This document shows positions 48,850 to 61,799 of a DNA stretch of 64,000 nt, piece by piece (the first letter of the stretch is position 1; each line of letters starts with the position of its first letter). This DNA is from Hypanus sabinus. Its lineage: Eukaryota. The notes below the pieces were generated by a model, which had not been told where the DNA came from, did not search any database, and saw nothing but the letters and a program-made list of their open reading frames with translations. Both the position numbers and the translations under genes were made by a program. Where the stretch lies: contig NC_082708.1 of the NCBI RefSeq assembly GCF_030144855.1, positions 144,522,001-144,586,000 on the forward strand, read 5' to 3'.

Positions 48850-51800
48850 CTAGTGACCAATCAGAAGTCTGAGAGGAGGGGATGTCACTCGGGTCCACTG
48901 ACCAGGTAGGAAAAGGCAGCGGAGGACTGCAGCAGTTTATTTGAGCTCTGACCAGCAACCATTGGAGTTTAGTATTGATTAGCATTAAAGGGACAGGCAG
49001 AGTGGCCATTGTCACAGCAGCCATCATTGGCATGGACAGAGTTAGAGTGGTGAGGCCTTAGCTCTTTGAGGCTTCAGTCAGAAAAGGCAAAAATGAAAAG
49101 ATTCTACGTGAAGTTTTTTTCCTTCCTTTCTTTACATCTGCTCAGTCAGGACAGTAGAGATGCCAGGCAGGATGGTAGAATGCTCCTCCTGCAGGAGGTG
49201 GGAAGGCGGGGAGACCTCTGGTGTCCCTGACGGGAAGAAGTTCATCCAGCTACAGATTCTAACAATCCGCAGCAAGCAGTTAGAACTGGATGAACGCCGG
49301 ATCATCTGCCTCTGTGACTCTGAAGGGAAGGGGTTGGGGGGAGAACTTAGGGGAATGCACAGGAGGTTCTTTGTGGGCAAGAGTGAGATTCCCGGATGGT
49401 ACGTTGCCTCCTGGGTGCCAGGATCAGGAACATCGCAGATTAAATCCACAGCATCTTTAAGTGGGAGGGTGAATAGCCAGAAGTCATGGTCCATGTAGAA
49501 CACAGATAGGATGAGTTACAAGGTTCTGCATAGGGAGTTCAGGGAGTTTGGTGCTAAGTTAAAGGGCAGGACCTCCAGGGTTGTGACCTCAGGATTGATA
49601 CCCATGCCATGTTATAGTGAGGTCACAACTAAGAAAAGTATACAGTTTAACACGTGGCTAAGGAGATGGTGTAGGAAGGAGGGTTTAAGATTTTTGGATC
49701 ATTCAGCTCTCTTCCAGGGAAGGGGAACCTGTACAGAAGGGACAGTTTGCACCTGAACTGGAGGGGCACTAAAGTCCTAATAGGAAGGTTTGTTAATGCT
49801 GCACAGTGGGGTTTAAACTAGAGTTACAGGGGCACGGGTACCAGACTGCCGGAACAGGTAGTGGAGAGGTTGTGGAGACAGATGTTGGTAAGACCTCAGA
49901 CAAAGTCAGGAATCAAAAGGTTGAGCATGGTTGTGGTGAACTACATATACATATACCTGTCTGGACACGCCACCCCCCCCCCCCCTGCTGACTGCTCCTG
50001 TGGCTCCTCCCACAGACCGCGGCTCCTCCCACGGACCCTGGTATAAAGGCAATTGGAGGTACAGCCCCGGCCTCAGTCTCCAGGATGTTGTGTGGTGGTC
50101 ACTTGCTGCTTGTTCTTTCTTCCAGCCAATAAAAGCCTATATCTCGCCTCACGTCTCCGAGAGTTATTGATGGTGCATCAATGGTGTGACTATTATCCTG
50201 AATTGCCTATATGTCAAAGTGAGAAGTATCATAGGAAAGGCAGATGAGCCCTGGGCTCACCTGGAATTATGACATTGCAGCCATTCATAAGACTTGGTTG
50301 CAGGAGGGACTAGCAGTGCTTGCAGAGTGTGACCGAGCACATGATTCTGGATCTGCTATTGGGGAACGAGACAGGGCAGGTGACAGAAGTTTGTGTAGGG
50401 GAACACTTTACACCCAGTGACCACAATGCCATTAGTTTCAAAATAAACATGCAAAAAGATAGGTCTGATCCAGGGGTTGAGATTCTAAATTGGAGAAAGG
50501 CCAATTTTGATGATATCAGAAATTATCTGGCAAGTGTGGATTGGGACAGGCTGTTTTCTGGCAAAGGTGTACTTGGAAAGCCGGTGGCCTTGAGAAGTAC
50601 AATTTTGAGAGTATAAAGCTTGTATGTGTCTGTCAGAATAAAAGATAAAGATAACAAATGCAGCGAACTATAGTTTTCAAGAGATACTGAGGCCCTGGTT
50701 AAGAGAAAAAAGGTGCATAGCAGGTATATGCAAGTAGGAATATATGAGGTGCTTATGGAGTATTAAAACTGCAAGAAAACATTTAAGAAAGAAATCAGGA
50801 GGGCCAAAAGAAGGATTGAGGTTGCTCTAGCAGACTAAGTGAAGGTGAATCCTAAGGGATTCTATTGACATGTTAATAGCAAAAGAATTGCAAGGTTCAA
50901 AATTGGTCCTCTGGAAGACCAGAATAGTAATCCATGTGAGGAGCCAAAACAAATGTGGGAGATCTTAAATGAGTTCTTTGCATCTGTAATTACTCAGGAG
51001 ATGGACACAGAATCTGTAGAAGTGAGGCAAAGCAGCATCAACCTCATGGACCCTGTACAGATTACAGAGGAGGACGTGTTTGCTACCCTGAGGTAAATCA
51101 GGGTGGATAAATCCCCAAGGCCTGACAAGGTGTTCCCTCAAACCCTACGGGAGGCAGGTGCAGAAATTGCCAGAGCCCTACAATGTTTAAATCATCCTTA
51201 ATGACAGGAGAGGTACCAGAGGATTGGAGGATATCCAATGTTGTTCTGCTGTTTAAAAAAAAAACTCTAACCATACACCAGGAAATTATAAACTGGTGAG
51301 TCTGACATCAGTTGTGGGAAAGATATTGGAAGGTATTCTAAGGGACCAGGTATGTAAGTATTTGACAGACATGAATTGATTAAGGATAGTCAGCATGGCT
51401 TCATGCGTAATTGTATAATTTTTCTTATATTTTTCTCAAGGAAGTACCAGGAAAGTGGATGAAGGCAAGGCAGTGGATGTTGTCTGCATGGACTTTAGTA
51501 AGCCATTCCTGCATGGGAGGTTCATCAAGAAGGTTCATCTGCTTGGCATTTAGGATGAGGTCATAAATTGGATTAGACATTGGCTTTGTAGGAGAAGCCA
51601 GTGAGTGGTAGTAGGTGGTTGCCCCTCTGACTTGAGGCCTGTGACTAGTGGGATGTCATAGGGATCGGTGCTGTTTCTGTTGTGGTTTGTCATCTATATG
51701 AATGAACAGAATTATAATGTGGTTAACTGATTCAGCAAATTTGCGGATGACACCAAGATTGAGGGTGTAATAGACAGTGACGAAGACTATCAAGGCTTGC

Positions 51801-52630
51801 AGAGGGATCTGGACCAGCAGGAAAAATGGACTGAAAAGTGGCAGATGGAACTTAATGCAGACAAGTGCGAGGTTTTGCACTTCAGTAGGACCATCCAGGG
51901 TGGGTCTTACACAGTGAATGGTCGGGCACTGAGGAGTGTGGTAGAACAAAGGGATTCGAGAATACAGGTTGATAATTCATTGAAGGAGGTGTCACAGGTA
52001 GATATGGCCACATTGGCCTTCATAAATCAAAGTATTGAGTACAAGAGGTGAGATGTTATGTTGAAGTTGCTTAATACGTTGGTAAGGCCTAATTTGCAGT
52101 ATTGAGTGTACTTTTGGTCATTTACCTACAGGAAAGATGTAAACAAGTTCAAAAGGACAAAATTTATAAGAATGTTGTCGGGTCTGGAAGACCTGAGTTA
52201 TAATGAAAGATTGAGTAAGTTAGGATTGTGTTCTTTAGAACGTAGAAGATTGAGAGGAAATTTGAGAGAGGGAAACATAATTATGAGGAGTATAAAAAGG
52301 GTAAATGCAAGGAGGCTTTTTCCTCTGAGGCTGGGTGGGACTACAGCCCGAGGTCATAGGTCAAGGGTGAAAGGTGAGAAGTTAAGGGGAACATGAGGGG
52401 AAACTTCTTCACTCAGAGGGCCGTGTGAGTGTGGAATGAGGTGCCAGCACAGGTAGTGCATGCGAGTTTAATGTTAAGGTTGACGAGAAGTTTGGATAGG
52501 TACATGGATAGCAGGAGTATGGAGGGCTATGGTCAATGTGCATGACGATGGGAGTAGGCAATTTAAATGGTTTCGGTATTTGGTCTAGATGGGCCAAAGG
52601 GCCGGTTTCTGTGCTGTTCTTCTCTATGAC
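48850..52630 (+). mobile_element. CR1 LINE retaining both 5' and 3' ends, with internal deletions
   Basis: ORF1 start MPGRMVECSSC and esterase-like remnants. ORF2 motifs LDLLLGNE, DHNAISF and KFADDTKI (51737-51760). CR1 tail ctgtgctgt...ctatgacta. Confidence 0.88.
49932..50180 (+). mobile_element. Solo LTR (249 bp) inserted in a CR1
   Basis: TG...CA termini, perfect 5-bp TSD ATGGT, TATAAA and AATAAA inside. Confidence 0.88.
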
Positions 52631-53664
52631 TATATAAATCTTATACGGAAATAAACTGATGGGCCTGAGGTCGAGAGAGTGGAACTGCCCCAATGGAAAC
52701 AGTGTTTTCACTTTAAAAACTCTCCCACACAGGCTTCCTGTCACTGTCAGACATGATGGACAGCCGCCATACCCTAGGGCTATATTTATATACCTGTATA
52801 ATAAGACATTACATAGTTCAAATTCACATGACTCTAATATCAGATAGTATTGGATTAATGCTAGTGATATCAGTCTGAATATAAACTGATAACCAGACCA
52901 CTTCAATTTATCACTGATATTGGCGTAATATCAGACAAGCATTCAGAGATGATTAAGGCATTTCAAAGAGACATAGACATATTATGATAGTAGGCCAAAG
53001 TCATGTCAAATTGATTATCATGTGCACAAATACGTGTATGCATGGATTCAATGGAAAGCTTGCAGCTGCTTCATAGGCACATAATGTCAGATACTCAACA
53101 TTTTCAAGAAAGACATCAACATAAAAATACTACATTTTACAAGAAAGAACACAGTTAGAATTTTTAAAAGTCCACGAATTCATAAAGTGGTCAAGGTGAT
53201 GTACTGAGGTAGTGATTAGGGTGTTTAGTTGGTTCAAGAACTGAATAGTTGAAGGGAAGTAGCTGTTCTTCAATCTGATGGTGTTGGACTCCAGGCTTCT
53301 ATACATTCTGCTCTATCTATTAAGCTGTAGAGACTGGTGGACTTAGCCTAATATACAGTACTAATTCCAGTATTAAACTAACTTCACAGTATTGGTTAGA
53401 TTCAGTTCAGATGGACATTAAACCTTGACAGCAACAACAGGGAAGATGCTGAGGATCTACCCTATCGCCCCTGTGGAGGATTTAGAATTGAGTGATGTAA
53501 GGGTATCATTCATTTAAGACCAGGATGAGAAAAATTTCTTCTTTCAGATAGTTGTGAATCTTTGGAATTATTGAGAACTGTGGAGGTTGCTCTTTATGTA
53601 GCATACACTGAATGATGGGATTGTAATTTACTCCATCTGCCTATCACCAATACACTCTTCCATG

Positions 53665-56600
53665 TCCCGTTAAAAGTAACGACGGTCGATAAGGTTTATG
53701 TTTTCGTTAGTTAAAGAGTTGCGGATAGTTTGTGTTGAAGTGTATTTAAAGCAGTCAATGGCGTAGGTAGATTCTGACTGTATGCTGCACTTTAATGTAA
53801 TGTAGTTGTTGTGGTTTTACTCTTGTAAGTATTTACGATGTAAATGTAATTTCAAGAAGGAAACAAATGCTGTACAAATCTTGTATTGTTTTATCAACAG
53901 TTTTCACCATACGTTAATGTGGAAGAGTGAACAGTAAATGGTTAACCTTACTGAGATCCTGTCATCATTGACAAAGGTTTAACTCGGTGTTTAGTTCAGC
54001 GTTATCTTACATGCCGAGCGAGAACACTACAGTGAAAAAGCGGCATTATCAGGTGTTTCAAGTGCTGCAATGACAACTCGATCCAGCGTCAAGTCATTGT
54101 CACCCAGCGAGGGGGGCAGTAGGACATTGTCAAGTAAGGCCGCCCATGCAAGAGCTAAGGCAGAAGCCGCCAAGGTGCGAGTGCGCCACGACAAACAAGA
54201 AACAAAATTGAAAATGGAAGCGGCTGCCAGAGAAGCCCAAAACCAGTTGGAAAGAGCAAGGATAGCGTCAGAGTTACAAGTGCTGAGCTGGAACGAGAAG
54301 AAGAAGCTGCCAGGGTGGAAGCAGAGCTCATAGAAGATGCAGAAGAAATGCAAGATCTGGTTGATGTAAAATCTACTTCAGAAAAGACCAGATTGGTACA
54401 CACAAGCGACTATGTCCGATCTCAAACAGATTGGAAGATTCATTCTGCCACTCCATACTTATTTGATTATGCCCCACTTCATGAGGAGTCCCAGAGAGGC
54501 CCAATTGCATCACATCCATCCGTGGAAGACAATTTACCCTTGCAACTCCACGATGAAGTCAAGAATGAAAGGGCTGATGACAAATACTTCTCGACACCAA
54601 ACTTAACAGATTTGGCGAGAAGAGAGGCAAAGGCTGAATTCAGAACAGCAAATTCCATAACAGAGGTACGCCCTCAGTCATATACCCGCCGACATACTTC
54701 CCCAGCCCACATGCCGCTTGCAGTTGAACCCATGGCACAGTATTTAGCACGACGAGTTCTCGTCACTTCAGGACTGTACCAGTTTTACGATAAACCTGAA
54801 AATTACCGTGCATGGTACTCCACATTCACCAACGCTATCGACGGAATCCAGCTCAGAGCAACCCAAGAGTTGGATCTTATGGCGAAATGGCTGGGAAAAG
54901 AATCATGCGAACAGGTGAGACGCATACGTTCAGTGAACATCAACAAACCTGAGCTAGCCTTAAGCAAAGCATGGGAGAGACTTCGGGAGGGCTATGCGGC
55001 CCCCGAAATTATTGAAGCGGCGCTATACCGACGTCTGGAAAATTTTCCTAAGGTGTCAGCCAAGGACCACACTAAGTTAAGGGAGCTCGGAGATTTACTC
55101 ATGGAGATTCAAGGCGCCAAAGAAGATGGCTACTCAACTGGTCTATTATACCTAGATACTCCATCTGGGATTAGACAAATCGTGGACAAACTTCCATTTG
55201 GGCTGCAGGACAGGTGGGTGTCTGTTGCCTCAGAGTACAAAGAAGACCACAATGGTCAATTTCCTCCCTTTGAGTATTTCACTAGGTTTGTGTGCAGGGA
55301 GGCAAAGAAGCGAAATGACCCTAGCCTCATGGGTCAAGGAAGCAGTACAGTTTACACCAAGCCAGATAAATCCTCTTCGAATAATTTCAACATTAATAAA
55401 CCCGTCTCAGTGCTTAAGACTGAAGTCTTCACAACTAACCACGACCCTAGCAAGAATTGCCCATTGCGTAACAAACCCCACCCCCTCAGAAAATGCAGAA
55501 CGTTTAGGGAAAAACCCCTTGGAGAGAGAATGGCCCTTCTCAAGGAGAAAAGAATATGTTTTAAATGCTGTTCCTCAACCTCTCACCTCGCCAGAGAGTG
55601 TACCATCGCCGTGAAGTGTCTGGAATGTAATAGCACTAATCACGATGGGGCCATGCATCCCGGCCCGTTACCGCAAACCGACAACGCTCCTTCACCCTCA
55701 CAACAGGACGGTGGGGAGGGAGAGGCTCACTCCAGGACAACAGTTGTCAGCTCGAGCTGTACAGAAGTTTGCGGTCAAGCTCAGTCAAGCCGTTCTTGTT
55801 CAAAGATCTGCCTCATTAAGGTGTACCCTAAGGGAGCCAAGGACAAGGACATCAAAGCCTATGTAATTCTGGACAATCAGAACAATCGCTCACTAGTCAG
55901 TCCAGAGTTCTTTAACTAGTTCAACATTGTGAGTGAACAGTTCCCATACTACCTCAGAACTTGCTCAGGCAACGTGGAAACTCAAGGAAGGAAGGCAGAA
56001 GGCATCCAGATCGAGTCCCTGGATGGTAAAGTCGTCATCTGTCTCCCTCCGCTCTTAGAGTGCAACAAAATCATGAATAACCGCACTGAGATCCCGACGC
56101 CAAGTGCGGTGCTACACCAGCCACATCTCCACCACATCGACAAACACATCCCAGAACTGGATCCAACAGCAGAAATACTCCTGCTATTAGGAAGAGATGT
56201 TCTTCGGGTGCACAAGGTTAGGCAGCAGGTCAATGGACCACACAACGCCCCCTTTGCGCAACGCCTGGATCTGGGCTGGGTGGTGATAGGAGGGGTGTGT
56301 CCTGGCAACGTACACAAACTGACGGTTAGCACACTCAAGCCCAATGTGCTAGAGAATGGCCGCCATTCAATTTTTCAACCCCGCACAAGTGTCACGAGTA
56401 TTAAGGAAGCATGACAAGGCTTTAACAAACGTAAAGTAACTGACGAGACGCTGGGTCAGTCAGTCTTCGCTCAAACTGAGCATGATAATAAACTTGCTCA
56501 ATCAGCTCAAGATGCCATTTTCTTAAAAACAAAGGACACCAAGGTCTTCAGAGATGAAGCAACTAATGGGGTCGCCCCACTGCCTTTCAGAGAACCACGC

Positions 56601-57788
56601 CAGCGCTCACCAAATAACAAAGAGCAGGCAGTCAAGCGGTTCACGCCCTTGCAAAAAACCCTGAAAAGGAAACCTGAGATGCAGCAACGCACCTGATTGA
56701 CCCACGAGGTACTGTGCACACTAATGGCAGAGGTCACAGCCATTATAAATGCATGACCACTTCTACCCGTGTCTTCCGACCCGGAAAACCCCTTCATACT
56801 CTCGCCATCAATGCTCCCTACGCAGAAGGCAGGAGCTCCCCCTCCACCAGGGGACTTCTCTGATAAGGATTTGTACTTAAAGCAATGGAGACAGGTCCAG
56901 GCTCTGGCAAATCGGTTCTGGTCTCGCTACATTCCCTAGCAGGGACGGACGTGTCAGGAAGGTTGAGTTGAAAACTACCGACCAAGGTGATGTGAAAATA
57001 TACCAACGGCCAGTTAAAGAAGTCATTCTACTTCTACCTAAGGACTGATTTAGAGACTGAAGTTTGTATTATGTTCATCGTGACCTTACGAAGATCAAGC
57101 GAGGAGTGTGTTGCCTTTATGGCAGTTATTTAGTTTATAATATTTTTGCTTAGTAATTCGTTTGTTAGCATTCTAGTTAAAGTTAGGATTATTTAAAGTA
57201 AATTTGTTTTCTGTGATATATCGCGGCATGCGATGACGTCACATCCAGTTTCGCCGCGTCCTGTAGGAAAATACCGGTTGGGAGAAACGGGAAGGTGGGG
57301 GTCGAGACATGTGGGACCGCAAGCGCCAGCAAAGTTTTCTCTCTATGCACTAGGAACATAGTGAAGGCAACGCTGTAAGTCATGAGATAATCGATATGTT
57401 GAATTAAAATGTTAACGCCGATCCCGTTAAAAGTAACGACGGTCGATAAGATTTATGTTTTCGTTAGTTAAAGAGTTGCGGATAGTTTGTGTTGAAGTGT
57501 ATTTAAAGCAGTCAATGGCGTAGGTAGATTCTGACTGTATGCTGCACTTTAATGTAATGTAGTTGTTGTAGTTTTACTCGTGCAAGTATTTACGATGTAA
57601 ATGTAATATCAAGAAGGAAACAAATGCTGGACAAATCTTGTATTGTTTTATCAACAGTTTTCACCATACGTTAATGTGGAAGAGTGAACAGTAAATGGTT
57701 AATCTTACTGTGATCCTGTCGTCATTGACAAAGGTTTAACGCGGTGTTTAGTTCAGCGTTATCTTACACGTCAAGCGAGAACACTACA
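53665..57788 (+). mobile_element. BEL/Pao LTR retrotransposon, internally deleted (gag-protease retained; RT, RNase H and integrase core lost)
   Basis: Truncated 5' LTR 53665-54031 matches 57422-57788; 3' LTR about 57107-57788 (TG...CA) follows a purine tract. Gag has the Pao motif FYDKPENYRAW and triple Cys/His knuckles. Protease YVILDNQ; integrase C-terminal remnants TLMAEVTAIIN and KQWRQVQALANRFW. Confidence 0.92.
54070..56414 (+). pseudogene. BEL/Pao gag-protease (frameshift near 54290, stop at 55917)
   Basis: ORFs 54070-54333, 54315-55919 (534 aa) and 55929-56414 form one collinear polyprotein with CFKCCSSTSHLAREC and LLLGRD motifs. Confidence 0.88.
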
Positions 57789-59789
57789 AATTCCTTCGGC
57801 ATTTTGCTTCTTGCGTCAGGTTCCACCATCTGCAGTCTCTCGTGTCTCCCTCTGCAATGTTCTACTCTCATCTACATGTGTCGTTCATATTGTTTTCTGC
57901 AGTCACTTCTCAGGAAACTTCTAATGTTCGTGTATGGCCACTGATAAACAAAGTGAACACCAGAAATCCCATTGCATATCTCTGAAGAATACCACATCAC
58001 AACCTAACAAATCAGTACACCAATCATTTATTTCTGCCATTATCTCCCACTTCACAATGTAGTTGATGTTTGATTCCATTTCGCTCATTAAAGCTTCCAT
58101 TGTTTGCCAATTCAAGCAATGAGGGAGATTGAAACATCACTGCCTGCCTTTTTATTTCTGAGGGAAATCACTCAGCTGCCAGAGAGGGGAGACTGCCTTT
58201 TGATCACTGGTGAGATTGCTTTGCTACGGAGAGGGAGAATGTTGCCGTGTTTTTAACATTTTGGATGTGAACATGGACTGTGGACTTTTTTTTCAGTCTT
58301 ATGGCTTTATGATATTCTGTGTTTTTCACCCGATCTTTCTCATTTTTTTTGTATGCTGGGGAGGGGGATTTGGAGATTGATGTACCTGATCCATTTCTGT
58401 TTGTTTTTTAGTGTGGGCAGGAAGGATTTGGGGGGTTGACGATTGTGATACCACTCTTTTCTTTCTTGGTCTTGTGGCTATCTGGAGAAGAAAATTTTCA
58501 GATATTTATTACTTTATATTTATATAATATATAATATATTTATATTACTTGATATTTATTATTTATTACTTTGATAATAAATGAATCTGTGAACCCATGA
58601 TGTGCAAGAGGATTTATAAACAAGTACTGGAAGATCAGAATTAGAGTGAATCTTGAAGATAGACTCTCCAAGTTGCTAAAAGCTATCAGTGTGGAGATGG
58701 CAGGATAGGTAGAGGCAGGTTGGTGTTTCAGATGGAGTTGAGCTTCTTTCTATCAGAAAATAAACAGCAAAGTCCTCAGCACATTTGTTGTTAAGGTGAT
58801 ATATATTTATTTCTTCCACTGACCTTTCAGTACTTGGCTTTGCCAGTTTACTTGTTTTCCTTTCTTTGACTATGTTCACTTCAGCTCTTCTCACACCCTA
58901 AATGACTCATCTTTTTTGCATCTTTGGTTTCTTTCAATACAACTCCCTTTGATCCTGCAAACAACACTTCTGGTATTTAACGCTTCCTTCTTCTCCATTC
59001 AGAAAGCTTCACAGAGGCTTTCAGCTGTGAGCTGCTAGATTGCTTCCTCCTTCCCCATAGCTATATTCACATTCATCTGTAATAGTTTCATTACCATGAA
59101 AGGATCAATGTAGAACATATTGACTCCCCTCCTTTGATTTTTTTAGTATTCTCTTGAGAAATTTGTGCTGTTGACAAGTCTGTCATGCCTAATTGCGTTT
59201 GATTAAGTTGCGGCAAACTGCAGTTTGGAACCACTGTACTCAATTCATTCAATGTATTGCTGTAAGGTTAAAAACAGGAGAGTTCTTTCCAGTGAAATGG
59301 CAAGAGACTTGCAAGTGAACTTGGAGTTGCTAGGGTGCGCTTGACTTTCTCTGTGGTAGATGTCATGAATTTTGGAGGTGGTAAGAAGGAACTGTTGGAT
59401 CTGGTGATACTGATCCAGGAGTTCTTCAGAAGTCAAGAATGAGGCATGAAACTTGGTGGTTATGACACTTTCAGAAGTGTTACAAGAACAAAGAATGAAC
59501 AACGAAAGAGCAGTAACAATGAAGTCATGATTGTCTTATACTAAAAAAACTAGTTCAGTGGAGAAATATAGCACGTTCCACTCATAAGAAATAACCTATG
59601 ATATAGTCAGGTTCAGTGTGAGACGCACATGCGGAATCAGCTATATTGCAGTTATTGACAATTCACGGAACAATTACACACAAGTCATTAAATAAAAATT
59701 ATAGTTAAACTACAAGAAAAATACAAGTAAAATATCAATTCTATGCTCTAATTCAATACTCCCTGCTTTGATTCTAAACTACACATTTA

Positions 59790-60758
59790 AGTCAAGACAC
59801 CTTTTATTGTCATTTCGACCATAACTGCTGCTACAGTACACAGTAAAAACGAGACAACATTTTTCAGGACCATGGTGCTACATGAAATAGTACAAAAACT
59901 ACACTGAACTACATAAAAACAACACAGAAAAAACTACACTAGACTACAGACCTAGGACTGCATAAAGTGCACAAAACAGTGGAGGCATCACAAAAAATGA
60001 TAAACAAGACAATAGGCACAGTAAGTTGCACTAAGTTGGTGTCAGTCCAGACTCTGGGTATTGAGGAGTCCGATGGCCTGGGGGAAGAAACTGCTACAAA
60101 GTTTGGTCGTGAGAGCCCGAATGCTTCGGTGCCTTTTCCCAGATGGCAGGAGGGAGAAGAGTTTGTATGAGGGGTGCATGGGGTCCTTCATAATGCTGTT
60201 TGCTTTGCGGATGCAGCGTGCAGTGTAAATGTCTGGAATAGCAGGAAGAGAGACCCCGATGATCTTCTCAGCTGACCTCACTATCCGCTGCAGGGTCTTG
60301 CGATCCGAGATGGTGCAATTTCCAAACCAGGCAGTGATGCAGCTGCTCAGGATGCTCTCAATACAACCTCTGTACAATGTGATGAGGATGGGGGGTGGGA
60401 GATGGACTTTCCTCAGCCTTTGTAGAAAGTAGAGACAGTGCTGGGCTTTCTTTGCTATGGAGCTGGTGTTGAGGAACCAGGTGAGATTCTCCACCAGGTG
60501 AACTCCAAGAAATTTGGTGCTCTTAACGATTTCTACCGAGGAGCTGTGGATGTTCAGTGGGGAGTGGTCGCTCTGTGCCCTCCTGAAGTCAACAACTATC
60601 TCTTTTGTTTTGCTCACATTCAGAGACAGGTTGTTGGCTCTGCACAGTCCACTAGCTGCTGCACCTCCTGTCCGTAAGCTGACCCATTGTTCTTGCTGAT
60701 GAGACCCACCACGGTTGTGTCATCTGTGAACTTGATGATGTGGTTCGAGCTGTGTGTG
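59790..60758 (-). mobile_element. Rex1/Babar-type LINE 3' fragment
   Basis: ORF 60042-60617: KTKEIVVDFRR...KFLGVH...YRGCIESILSSCITAWFGNC...SFFPQAI. AATAAA tail near 59805. Confidence 0.88.
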
Positions 60759-61799
60759 AAGGATGGGATTGTAATGTGGAGAGAATAGAACAGTTAACAT
60801 TGTTAGGAGAATTAGAAAAAATATTAAACTCTTTCAGATTGCTCTATCAATCAATAAATCTGCATCTCAATTCTACATTCCTACCATTGAAGAATGTGGT
60901 AGAATATGCTGTGTTTGCTGGAATAGTATGACTCACACAAAACTCACAAATCTTGATGCAATGCATGACAAAGTGGCCAATGTGTTTCATTCACTCCTTT
61001 GAGTACAGAGCACTATTGCTGCAGTGCGAGTCACCTAGAAATTTCACTTCATTTATTTGCCCTGGATACTCTGGCAGCCCCTCCTAAACCCAAAAGATCT
61101 ACCACCAAAAAGGACAAGCACCAGGCGCATGGAAAAAACCATCGTCATGTTTCCCTCCAAGTCACACATAGCATTCACTTGGAAATACATTGTTGTTTCA
61201 TCAGCATTGCTGGCTCTAAATTCTGAAACTTTTCCATGAAGTGCTGGGGAAGGCCCTTCACCAGGAGGACTGTTATGGTTCAGGAAGACGGTTCACCAGA
61301 CATGTCCAAAGGCAATTTAAGATAGGCAAAAATGTCATTACAAAGAACTTAGTCTGACACTGACAGGGCTTATGTTTCAGTGGCAAGTTTGGATTAGATC
61401 TGCTGTGTAAATACCACAACATCACTTCATTCTGTGTATCTCATGCATAAACTGAAAACAACTTGAAATACTGCCTGAGGTTATTAGCAGGGCAATGGTT
61501 TTTGAGTTTCTCACTAATGGGTAAATTTGCCCTTGAATGGGGTTACTTTTTTAACAAAAATTCTAATATTAATATTGTCTTTGTCCCCAAAATAGAAGTA
61601 AAGCAAAATTTTGTTTAAACAACTGCAACTTTAAAAAGGATAGATATATTGTTAAGAGGTAAAATCCAAACATTTTTGCTAATTCTGCTGCACTAACCAC
61701 TCAAGCGTCAGTCGCAGTCAAATTGGTGCAGGAGGTCTCACGCAAGTCAATGAGCAAGAGATTTAAATAAAGGAGCTCTCGCGAAACTTCAGTGGTGTA

